From: Guillardia theta CCMP2712
Lineage: Eukaryota; Protista; Cryptophyta
Assembly: GCF_000315625.1 (NCBI RefSeq)
Contig: NW_005434533.1
Span: forward strand, 1 to 35,228
DNA: 35,228 bases
Direction: 5' to 3'
Position 1 is the first letter of the stretch. Every line of letters starts with the position of its first letter. Position numbers and translations under genes: made by a program. Shown in pieces: positions 1 through 9,950 of this stretch. The notes under the pieces are model-generated. The model saw only the letters and a program-made list of their open reading frames with translations, ran no database searches and was not told the DNA's origin.

Positions 1-124
1 CCCACCTCTTCCCTCACCCGGCAATCGTCCCTAACGCCTGTCTCCTTGGTGCTAGGCTTGTTTTCCTTCCCTGCCTGTGCTCCATAGGTGGCTTGCCCAT
101 GAGCCGCGCCTGCCCCCCATCGGA

Positions 125-3100
125 CTAGGTCGACTCGCTTCCCCTTCTTGCCGTCCATAGCATGTGTTGCACCACCAGCAGTTGCTTGATTGCTGCTGTC
201 TTGATGCCTTCCCATTCCGTGTCTTCCACCCTTAGCACCCTGAAATTCTCATGCCATTCCCTTTCCATGATCGATCCTTTCACTCCTGCTATGAATGTTG
301 CTTGTTCAACTTCATGATCAGGTAGCAAAGCTGTGATTTCTGCTCGTAGGGGGGCATATTTCTCTTCCTTTTCCTGAAATTTCTTCTTCAGGCATTCCAG
401 GCTTGTTTGTCCGACTCCGTCATATTCCGATGTCCTTGCAAATTCGATGAGGACAATGCGTTTGATGCTTGCAAAGTAGCAGCAACCGTCAGGTATCCAG
501 TGCCCTTCTCGGTGCATTGAAGTCCCCATCGCTTCCATCACGATGCGTATTGGGGTGTCCCACCATGAATTGACCTGTACCCTTTGTTTCCTCCAACTCT
601 GCTGCAGTCTTACCTTGATCTTCTTCATGACTTCATTGTGTGCTTTTTGAATCATATCTTGGAACTGCTTGCACGCTAGCTGAACATGACCCCAGGTTTC
701 TTCTCGATCTGGACAGTGAGGACAACATGGTGAGTTAGTCTTCCCCCATTGAAAGAGCTTCTTCCTCGTCGGTGCTGAGAAGGTGATCGCTTGGATAGCT
801 GTTCGCGTAACTGACCCTTCACATTGTTTGAACCCTCTCCCTAGTAAATCTCTTCCCACATGCATTTCGAGCATGAATTTCTCTGTCAAGGTGAGGTCTC
901 CCGCTCGAATCCTTGCCACCATTGTCTGTTGTCTGATAATGTAGTCCCATTTCTTCAAGCGATCGAATCCTGATGTAGGATTTTCTTCTCCTGCAATGAT
1001 GAATTCCATTGGACTATCGTAGATTGCTTTCTCCCATCCCGAGGCAAATGTTTGTTTTGCTTGCTTGGCCATTTCCTTTGCCTCTTGAATGTTTCTATGA
1101 GATTCTTTTGCTAGTTGGAGTCGGATCCTGATTCCCCTCCCTTCGAGTTTCCTCATGCAAGTGAGTAACCGATCATGTAGGTCCTCCAGCAGTTCGTCTT
1201 CGTATCGCATGGTATCCATTCGCAACGTATTTGTCATAAAGCGGTGGAAACGTGTGGACTGGTACATTATTGTGACTTGATTTCCCCTTTTGATCTGTAT
1301 TCCTTCCTCAAGGACATGTTGCAGAAGTAAACCGATTGCGATTGTGTTCGCTCGGATGATGCTGCACTTCCCATTGATTTTCATCCCTCCTCCTGACGTC
1401 ATCTCTTTTTGTTGGAGAACATATCCTACTCGCATGGATCTGTTTTTTCTGCCCTGCATGATGTCGCCTTCAATAGCTGCTGTGAAATGCCTTCCGCCTT
1501 GATGATCGCTGCACGGCTGGATCTGATCCCTTCGTCTGTTACACAGCTCCTCATACGTTGGGAGGATGTTGTCCTGAAGCTGGACTCGTAAGTATGTTGG
1601 GAGTGTGTGCCTAACTAGTATCCATAACTCCTCTGCAGTCTTCATCAAACACCTATTTCCTGTCTGCCAGAAGTTTGCTGCATAGGCTATTTGAGCGCCT
1701 TTCGGGACCCGGCTGATAATTTCAAAACCTTCTGGTATCTCATCAATGTTATTCTTCCATCCTATCAGAATGACATGTATTGTATCCAGGATTTGTTCAC
1801 GAAATCTCTTTTGTTTGTCCATCCAAACCACCACTCTGTGCAGTTCCCTTGCTCTCTTCTTGTCCAGAGCCTGGGGATGTGTGTGTAGGGTAGGCCAGTT
1901 ACGAAATGTACTGATGTCGCATTCTGTAATCTCCGCTAAATGTTGTAAAAACTCGTATGCCAATGGTTGTGTTGTTTGTTGGCGAACCTCTGATACTACC
2001 TCCTCGAGTTGTTGCCACCATGCTGTAGCTTCTGTTTCGCCGTCGTCCAATGCATTAACTATTTCCAGCAGCAGATGGATGCTTTGATTGCAGTCTCTTC
2101 GGTTATTACCGTCCTCTTCCCTTGTTGCAGATGCGAAGGGAGCCGAGTCCAGTGACGCTTCCAACCATTCTATTGGTGGATCCACAGTCTTGCTTTCTTC
2201 AATTTGAGATCGCTCAAAGATGGCTATGTTCCCTTGAACTTTGAAAGGTATATTGCTTGTAGTGTAACAGAATCTTTCTTGCTGATTCCCTCCTTCACCA
2301 TAACAGGTGGGGTCATGTTGGAGCCACCGCCTCAAATTTACCCGGGTACAAGCCTTCGTATTCGTTTCCTCTCTCCCTTGGTCCGGTCTGGCTAGTTTCT
2401 TGTGTGGCTGAAGTTCATGTGGGCTAGCCTCCCTTTTTCCTTTCCTTCTCTTGTTTAGCGGCTTCCCCTCCTCCCTGGCTGGCCTTCTTCTCTTCCCTGT
2501 TCCTGCCTGCTCAAGTCCGAGTTTGGCCCAGATGACATTCGCTTGCAGATATCGTGCAAGGATTTCTTCTGCTTGTTCCCTTTGCTTTGGGAATGGCCAG
2601 AGTCGGATGGGCAGGTGCAGGGAGATGCCCTCGGTATCCGGGACGGGTAAGACACTTGTCATGGAGTGGAAGCCTACTTGGGGCAGTAGTCTCCATGCCT
2701 TTGCAAAACTCTCCCAGCCTTGCCGAGCAGGAGATGTAGGTAAGGAGTTTTCTCCGGACAGCAGGGAGTTTTCTTCTGAGAGCATCTTGTCCTCCAGGTC
2801 GTGTAAGATGGCTATTGTCCCCGGTTTCATCCTGCTTTCAATCATTTCCCAACTGATGGTGGTCTGCATTTTTTCCGCTATCCAGATTGCGAGTCTTTCC
2901 GGTCCTCTTATCTCTTCGTTCTCTTTGAGTCTGCCCGATCTGATTTCTCGTTGTAGCTGGTTTATTGTTTGACACCCCCATTGGTTGCACCATGATGTTA
3001 GTTTGTGGATCAGACTGCTTTTGATATCATCATCCACCCTGCATTTCTTATTTGTTTCTTTCTCTAGATACCGAATCGCCGCCCTTCCCAAGATGGGTGC

Positions 3101-3643
3101 TGGATGGGGGAGTTGGAGGCCTCCTCTGTCCCCAGGTAGGTGAAAGATAGCGTTGCTTGTACTCTTGCTCAGTCCCATAGCTCTTTTGAATGCTCTGGTC
3201 CAGAGGGTATCTAAGGTTTGTAAGTCTGACCAAGACCAGCTCACCAGTACCGCCGAGTATCTAAAGATATTGACGATGCCTACCTTCACCAGGTAATATT
3301 TTTGGGCTGCCGAGTAAGCAGATGATTCAATCAGCTTTGTCAGTTCTTTTGTCTTCTCCAAGATGTGTTCTTTCTCTCCCCACGTGAAGGGGCAGGTGTG
3401 CGCCTTGTTGCCTCTTCCTCCTGGTCTCCACAAGCTGATCCGGATCCCTAGATATTTGAACCATTTTGTCGGTGGTAGGTTCACAAACTCCTTGTCAAAG
3501 AACTTGATGGTTTGTGTTCCTGGGATCTCCCTCCTTAGCCGATAATCAAAGCTGGTGATTTCAGATTTCTTCGTGTTCAGTTCTAATCCACTCCATCGAC
3601 AGAATCGTTCTACCACTTGAACAAGCGTTTTCATCTCTCTCAC
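125..3643 (-). pseudogene. E1 ORF2, C-terminal part: RT domains 6-7 and thumb, degenerate RNase H, CCHC knuckle, restriction-like endonuclease; separated from the N-terminal part by a frameshift
   Basis: SGLELNTKKSE, FKYLGI, RGGLQLP; CPHC-x4-ETWGHVQLAC; AHN; PDG...LIEFARTSE...KEEKY...FIAGVKG. Confidence 0.85.
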
Positions 3644-6600
3644 TGAATGTCAAGGTCGTCTGCAAATGACAGATTATTAGGGTGTTGAGTTGCAATCTCG
3701 TTTTGTTGATCAAGTTGTCTGGACAAGATGCTGAGCAGAAGATTTGTTTTTGGCGGACTTGCGGGGCTGCCTTGGGGTAATCCTCTGAGAAGTGGGATTG
3801 CTGCTGTATCAAACCTCTCAGTCTGAATTTGCAGAGCTATGCCTTGACTGCAGCTGACTGCGACGTCGACATCGCGCTGGTGGAATCCATATACCTCCAT
3901 GATTTTTGCGATGGATTCAACCGCGACGTTATTGAAGAAGTTGGCAAAGTCGAGGTATAACAGTATAATGTTGTTTTGACTGCTCTGGGCCTCCTCGATG
4001 ATGTTAAGTAGTCTATGACCTTGACGGATCGTCCCGCCCTCGGGTCGGAAACCCTCTTGGTTATCTGTTAGCAGCTTGTGCCTCTCAGCTGCTTTTGCCA
4101 GTCTGTGTGCTATCACCGCTTGGAAGATTCGCGTCACCGACGAGAGGATACATATAGGACGCATATTTTCCAGAACATGACAGAGCTCGTTTTTTGGAAG
4201 GAGTCTGACTCGTGCTAGCATGTTCAACAACGTTTTGTCTCCTGTCAACGCTCTACTGATCACTTTTCCTATCTCCTCCTTTGCGCTGTCAGGTAAAGCT
4301 TTCAGGATCTCGTTTGAGATCAAATCCATGCCTGCTGCCTTGCGATTTGATACTTTTTGAATCCAAATCTGAATTTCTCCTGGCTCCAGGGGAAAAGCAA
4401 TTTCTATTTCCCTGGTCGGGTGTTGATCAATGTTCGTGGGAGAGTTGAATTCCGGTGGTTGGACGGAGGTGAATGATTGACACTGTTTGCAGAAGAAGAG
4501 GATCGTCGTTTCTTCGTTCTTCTGACCTTTGTCATATAGCGGGATCAGTCGTCCTCGTGTTTGACACTCCGCCTTTGCGCAGGTTCCATTCGTCGTGCAG
4601 CCGTTGACTGCGAAGAAGGTTGCCGTGTGGGTTTCATCTTCGAGTTCGCTAGCCAATCTCATAGGGAGAAATTGCTCGATGTTCTTGTATCCTTCTAGGC
4701 GCCACCCTCCTGGTTGTGGGAGCAGTTTCCGAATGATTTGTACAATCAAATGTGCTGGCGCCACGGTGAGGGAGAGCTTCTTTGATGTTTGATTTCCCGC
4801 CCCGAGGACCTCAACTTGCAGTAAGGTTTGATGTTTTGCATTCCAAAAAGTTTTGCTTGATTCTTTGGAGCTGTTTTGCAGGAATGCTTCCATCAGCGGA
4901 TCCAGGTCCTGTAAATACTCTAGCTCTGATTGCTGCAGCGCTGGTTGGAGATCGCTCCATGAGGTGAGTTCGATTGTATTTGGGTGGCATTTCTCTGGCA
5001 GTTGGCTACTCATTGGGGCTTTGGGCTTATAGTCCGATTTCTTCCCCATTGCATTCTGGGACTCTTTACTCCCTATCGTGCCCAGTCGTCTTCGGCGTTC
5101 CTCGCAAGCTTTCAGGAAGGTTTGTTGGTCCTGTTCGGTGCAGATCTCCTTGAATTTGATCATAGTCTCTCTTAGTTCGGCGTTGATACTCGACTCCCTG
5201 TGTGCACGATCAATATAGTCTGTGATTTCTGATGCGCTTCTCAGATCCTTGCGAAGTTGCTTAATCTTCCTTTTCAGGTCCATTTGAATCTTCGATGAGT
5301 ATCGCTTCCCACCTGAGGTTCGTAGGGGGATTTCCTTAATGGGAAGGGCAGTTGTTATCAAATTGATAATGTCGCAATCTTGCTGTAGAGCTTGTGCCGC
5401 TTGTATCTTCTCGTCGAGAGCCATTGCCCATTCCACGCCTAGTCGTCCCGATATCTTTTCTATCTCTACCACCCGCTTCTTTCGTCGAAGAATGGCATCT
5501 CGGTCCTTCCTTTGTGTGAGCATTTCAACCGTTGGAATAAATTGTTCGCCCTTATCATCTAGCGCAGTCACATTCACCACCAGTGCCCTGTGATCGACTG
5601 CGGCTCCTATGATGCAGTCTTCTGCGGTCTCTGATATCAGGCTTACTGTGCGAGATGAATGATGCAGAGCGAAGACATGGTCTAATTTGGCTTGGTGGTG
5701 GCCCTGTTTGTACCATGTGGAGAAGGTGAAATGCGAACTGCTTCTGCTCATCTTTTCGCAGGTGACCATCTGATATCGCCCCAGCTCATTTAAGTTTCGT
5801 TCCATTTCCTCATCTGCGCGGTGCACGTTCGAGTTGATCCCGTACCCTACTCTCGTGCAGATCTCTGCAAGCTTTCGAGATGCGTTGAAGTCGCCTCCGA
5901 CGATGCTGAGCTTAATGTTTGGGTCCATCTTGAGCATCTGGCTCAGCGCCTTCCACATGTTGTCTCGGTCCCTCCCCTCCGATGCGATAGGGAAATGTAC
6001 GTTCGCCAACACTATTGTTTCTTTTTTGCGGCCAACGTGTAAAACCTGTATTCTTTTTTGGGAGACCTCGCGCTCCTCTTCCATGGCGAAGTGCCATGGC
6101 AGGGGGGGGCGAGGTGCAAGGTCAGCATGCGCTAATGTCATGAGGCGTAGGTCACTCTTACCCTTTCTCCCGCCCCCCGTGCCTTTCGTGATAAATACTC
6201 GATAGCATCCCCATTCCTTCTTGATCATCGTTCGGAGAGCTATCTCTTTCCTCCTCCCCCCTACCAAGACCTCCTGCAGCATTACCACGCTCGGCTGGTA
6301 TGTCTCAATCAGGTATCCCAAGATGTGTTTCAGCACAAACTGGCTGCACCCATTAACATTTTGAGAGATGATGTTGCCTGGGGTGTTATCCTTTCTGTGC
6401 ATCTCCACCCATGATGGTTGCTCTGATCTTTCTGTTCGCATTGCATTGTGAGGTTTTCTACCTGTTGTTAGTATTTGTTCCTCTTCCCTATTGGCCCATT
6501 GAAGTTGATGTGGTACTCCCCTTCGATCTCTTGCCGGGGAGTGCGTCTCCTCCTCCTCCCTAGTTCCCCTTACATCGTTCGAAGCTTGTTCTTTGTGCTT

Positions 6601-7728
6601 GCCCACTGGGGGGAGCGATGTGGCCTGCGGCGGTAGTGAGTCCATCTGTTCTGACCTTTCATATGTCCGCAGGTCCGCCATGTTTCTCGCTTGCCACGGT
6701 TCTTGCTCTCCCTGCTCCATCTCTTGTGCCTGGGTCACCTCTGCTGCTTGCCATTCCTTGTACCCTTTATCTTGCGCGTGTTGTAAAGCTCTGCAGATGC
6801 CTTTGATCGTTTCTCGCATGCGCACTTTTCCTGGATCCTCCACCCAAAGCGCATCCAGCAGCCGGTGCCTCATCCTCTCGAGCCATTGCTGGGGTGGGGG
6901 GACGCCTTGCTGCCTACCTGTTTTTGAGATGTCTCGTTGTGTCGGTCTGTTTGTCTTTGCGATCAACAGCAAATGCAACAGTATGAAGATCCCACAGTTG
7001 TGATTGTCTGTTTGTTGTAGCTCAGTTGACAGGTAAACCCGCCATGTCGTTGCATGTTCCTGCTGGTCGCTGAACGCCTCCGTGACAATCGTCGCCGCGA
7101 GTGTGGCTAAGTCCATTCGTTGTGCGCCTTCCAGCTGAAACTGTGCCTCCCTTTGACTTCTGACAATCCCCAAGTCTCTCTCAGCCGTGCTGAGTGAATC
7201 AACAATGCGTATTCTTTTTGTGTCAAAATCTGCCATTAGTAGAATCCAATGATTGCCATTCTCTACGCACGGGAATAAGAATGGCTGGGCTGCCCCGGCT
7301 AGTAGTCGCTTTGCTCTCTTTGTCCTCCCCTCTTGATCTCTCAAACAAGCTACTATTCTCGGGAGGACAATAGTCCCTCTCGGCGACTCGACCTGGTTTC
7401 TAGTTTGCGCGCTCGCGTACCTCTTGTCTCGTAGCCATGCTACTTGAAATCTGTCTTCCAATGGTTCGATACCTTCGCTTGCCTCGAGGATTATCGCCTC
7501 CACAACATCTTCGGAGAGAAAGCCAGCTTCTCCCGAGTTGAGTAGCGCCGCTAATCCATATTCTCTGTTTTGTTCCCTTCGACTCCAGGGGATCTCCCCT
7601 ACTAGGTCGAATGTTTGTGCCGTTTTTTGATTTTCTTTGTCTTTGTTTTTCTCACCTTCTTGTCCTTCCACCTCACCCTTGTGCCAATTGTCCCACCTGC
7701 CCTCGTCTCCTCCTGTTCCTGCGTCCAT
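3640..7728 (-). CDS. E1 ORF2, N-terminal part: Ulp1/C48-type cysteine protease, AP endonuclease, Cys-rich motif, RT domains 0-5
   Basis: NHWILL..D and QQTDNHNCGIF; SQNVNG, MLQE, NVHFP, GGDFN, LDHVF, VDHRAL; KAAGMD, RPICILS, QEGFR, LDFANFFN, RGLPQGSPASP, SFADDL. Confidence 0.92.
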   Translation of the reverse strand: MDAGTGGDEGRWDNWHKGEVEGQEGEKNKDKENQKTAQTFDLVGEIPWSRREQNREYGLAALLNSGEAGFLSEDVVEAIILEASEGIEPLEDRFQVAWLRDKRYASAQTRNQVESPRGTIVLPRIVACLRDQEGRTKRAKRLLAGAAQPFLFPCVENGNHWILLMADFDTKRIRIVDSLSTAERDLGIVRSQREAQFQLEGAQRMDLATLAATIVTEAFSDQQEHATTWRVYLSTELQQTDNHNCGIFILLHLLLIAKTNRPTQRDISKTGRQQGVPPPQQWLERMRHRLLDALWVEDPGKVRMRETIKGICRALQHAQDKGYKEWQAAEVTQAQEMEQGEQEPWQARNMADLRTYERSEQMDSLPPQATSLPPVGKHKEQASNDVRGTREEEETHSPARDRRGVPHQLQWANREEEQILTTGRKPHNAMRTERSEQPSWVEMHRKDNTPGNIISQNVNGCSQFVLKHILGYLIETYQPSVVMLQEVLVGGRRKEIALRTMIKKEWGCYRVFITKGTGGGRKGKSDLRLMTLAHADLAPRPPLPWHFAMEEEREVSQKRIQVLHVGRKKETIVLANVHFPIASEGRDRDNMWKALSQMLKMDPNIKLSIVGGDFNASRKLAEICTRVGYGINSNVHRADEEMERNLNELGRYQMVTCEKMSRSSSHFTFSTWYKQGHHQAKLDHVFALHHSSRTVSLISETAEDCIIGAAVDHRALVVNVTALDDKGEQFIPTVEMLTQRKDRDAILRRKKRVVEIEKISGRLGVEWAMALDEKIQAAQALQQDCDIINLITTALPIKEIPLRTSGGKRYSSKIQMDLKRKIKQLRKDLRSASEITDYIDRAHRESSINAELRETMIKFKEICTEQDQQTFLKACEERRRRLGTIGSKESQNAMGKKSDYKPKAPMSSQLPEKCHPNTIELTSWSDLQPALQQSELEYLQDLDPLMEAFLQNSSKESSKTFWNAKHQTLLQVEVLGAGNQTSKKLSLTVAPAHLIVQIIRKLLPQPGGWRLEGYKNIEQFLPMRLASELEDETHTATFFAVNGCTTNGTCAKAECQTRGRLIPLYDKGQKNEETTILFFCKQCQSFTSVQPPEFNSPTNIDQHPTREIEIAFPLEPGEIQIWIQKVSNRKAAGMDLISNEILKALPDSAKEEIGKVISRALTGDKTLLNMLARVRLLPKNELCHVLENMRPICILSSVTRIFQAVIAHRLAKAAERHKLLTDNQEGFRPEGGTIRQGHRLLNIIEEAQSSQNNIILLYLDFANFFNNVAVESIAKIMEVYGFHQRDVDVAVSCSQGIALQIQTERFDTAAIPLLRGLPQGSPASPPKTNLLLSILSRQLDQQNEIATQHPNNLSFADDLDIQ

Positions 7729-9941
7729 TAAGCTTGTGCCGCAGGGGGGGAGTCTAGTGACATCCCCTCTGCGTCGTCCGCCTTGCTCCCTTCCTCCGGT
7801 TCCTCTTCCATTCCGGCCTCTTTCATCTGTAGTTCAGTGCTCAACATGAACTTTAGTTCGTCGTTATCTCCCAGCATTCCTACCGAAGAGATTACTGTCT
7901 CCTCTAGGAATTTATTCAATGCAATGAAGAGCAGGTCAGTCTTAAACTGCTTCTCTTCTTTGGGGGCAAAAGCGCTTTGCTTGCGCTTCGCGACCTTCCA
8001 TGTATGCTTCTCAACGATTCGTTGGACTCGCTCTTTGAAGCCCTTACTCTGGGTATCCCATGTCGCTCCAGTGCCTTTATCAGCCCATTCTTGCAGCGTG
8101 GAGAAGGACGCGTTGCCTGGACTGTCTAAGGCGACCTGCATGTCGTGCACAGCATCGTCAAGACGAAGTAAGGTCTTTCCTTGCTGTTGTAGGTCATTGT
8201 TAACTACTTCCGCGATAGCTGTCTTGATCTCAGCAATTACTACCTCTGCTTCCGCGTCGGGCAGGTTTGTTTCGTTGATGATTGAGTTCAGTTCAATCTC
8301 TTTCCACACGGTTCCGCCTGCTCTGGTTCCCGGCGTTTGTGATCTGGCTTGGTCAGATTGATCCTGTGTTGCCTGAGGCGACACTTTGAGGTTCAGACTA
8401 CTTGCTGTCGTCTGGATCTCAACTGTGCCTTGCCAGCAGAGAAGGTGTGTGGGGAATTCAGCCATCATCTTTCTTGCACTCCTTTCACTTCGTAGCCTGA
8501 GAATAATTCCAGACCCATCCCACATCCCCGTCTCTGCGTCACATTGGATGTGTACCCGCTGCAGCTCTTTTTCAACCTGTGGGTCCCAGCATGCGACAGA
8601 CCTCCGGATGTTTCGGATGACTTTGGCTCTGCCCGTTTCGTCACTGGCGCAGATTTTTTCAATCTCACTTCGAGAGAACTTCCCTGATGGCACTGGGGAG
8701 GAGATTTGCACTGAGTACAGCATCTCTGCCCCCGTTGCCGTTGCCGCCTCCTGTCGCACAGCATTCTTCGTATGCTTGAGCATAGTCGTTGCTTCCATTT
8801 GAACTGAAAACCATTTCAGTATTTTGTCATTCTCTGAGACCAATCCCAAAGTGACTCCTGCTCGATCTTTTCCATGTCGATCGAATGCCTGGAGGACGAT
8901 GTCCGCTACTTCCAGGCTCGAACAAGTCGCGATCCAGTCTACCTCTCTGTTCTGGTTGACTGTGTCTATTCCTACCGCTGCAAACACCTTCTTTGGCGGC
9001 AGGTTCCTCTTGGGGGGGAGGTTCACTGTCATTCCCGCGTTTGGGATCAGGTCGATAATTGCTAGGCCCTGTTTCAAGCACAACTGCCTGTAGATCTCAC
9101 ATATATCACCTGTACTCGAATCATTGAGCTTAAGGAGTTGGGCCACCTCCGCTAGGATTCCGACTCTGCCCATGTTCTCCTTCTTTGGTCGCATCTTGAA
9201 CGAGATCGGTGGGTTGGCTGCTGGGTTCACTGCTAGGATCCTCCTTCCAGCCACCTTAAAGGTACCTTCTCCTTTCCAGAATTTCTCTGCCGCCTCGTTG
9301 CGGACAAAGGTGATCACTGCTGGGATCTCTTCTGCCTTCGCCAGGTCAGGCTTGAGGGGAGCCTTGAAGATCAAACTCCTGCTGTCTTGCGTCTGATCTA
9401 CGATCAAGCCTTGCTCTTCCAGCTTGACGCATAAGTTTTCAACCTGTCTGGAGAAGTATGCAGGTATCCCTAGTACCTTCATGGTAATCGTCTGCACACT
9501 CGTGCCCTGGTCATCATAAGACCTGGCCTCCATCTGCCGTTGCCTGTCTGCTAGAAATTCGGACAGGTACCACTGCCTGGCATCATCCCCCCACTGCCCG
9601 AGACCTTTCAGACTCTCCAGTGATGAAGGTTCAGCAAAGCTGCATGTGTGACTGATGGCTTCGGCTAAGGCTTCCAAGGATATCTCTTTGGCTTTCAGAG
9701 CTTTGCTCGTCCTGCTTTTGGGATTCTGCCTTGCGAAGTCATCCAGTCGTCGCACAAGCTCAGCTGGTGACGGCATCGTTCCAGTTTCCGTCTGCCTCTT
9801 GAGGTAGCTGGAGGTACGGTACTGCACGATCTCGTCAGGGTTCACAATAGATATTGGCCACATGCTTCGGAGCATTCTCAATGGTTTCCCAAGCTTCCGT
9901 CGTTCCTGGCGGCTCTTACTCCACCAGCGCAGGGGTACCAC
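7728..9941 (-). CDS. E1 ORF1, probable RRM-type nucleic-acid-binding protein (true ATG probably at 9875 or 9776)
   Basis: 737-aa open frame directly upstream of ORF2 with a TAATG overlap; RRM-like pattern ITMKVLGIP...AVITF...FKVAGRRILAV; homologous to the 10664-12807 ORF. Confidence 0.8.
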   Translation of the reverse strand: MVPLRWWSKSRQERRKLGKPLRMLRSMWPISIVNPDEIVQYRTSSYLKRQTETGTMPSPAELVRRLDDFARQNPKSRTSKALKAKEISLEALAEAISHTCSFAEPSSLESLKGLGQWGDDARQWYLSEFLADRQRQMEARSYDDQGTSVQTITMKVLGIPAYFSRQVENLCVKLEEQGLIVDQTQDSRSLIFKAPLKPDLAKAEEIPAVITFVRNEAAEKFWKGEGTFKVAGRRILAVNPAANPPISFKMRPKKENMGRVGILAEVAQLLKLNDSSTGDICEIYRQLCLKQGLAIIDLIPNAGMTVNLPPKRNLPPKKVFAAVGIDTVNQNREVDWIATCSSLEVADIVLQAFDRHGKDRAGVTLGLVSENDKILKWFSVQMEATTMLKHTKNAVRQEAATATGAEMLYSVQISSPVPSGKFSRSEIEKICASDETGRAKVIRNIRRSVACWDPQVEKELQRVHIQCDAETGMWDGSGIILRLRSERSARKMMAEFPTHLLCWQGTVEIQTTASSLNLKVSPQATQDQSDQARSQTPGTRAGGTVWKEIELNSIINETNLPDAEAEVVIAEIKTAIAEVVNNDLQQQGKTLLRLDDAVHDMQVALDSPGNASFSTLQEWADKGTGATWDTQSKGFKERVQRIVEKHTWKVAKRKQSAFAPKEEKQFKTDLLFIALNKFLEETVISSVGMLGDNDELKFMLSTELQMKEAGMEEEPEEGSKADDAEGMSLDSPPAAQA

Positions 9942-9950
9942 AGATCTGCA

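Noticed and set aside
3640-4350. Telomerase RT or Penelope/Athena-type telomeric RT
   Set aside because: Motifs and flanking APE/RLE domains are of non-LTR type, and the orientation is opposite to tip-primed elements
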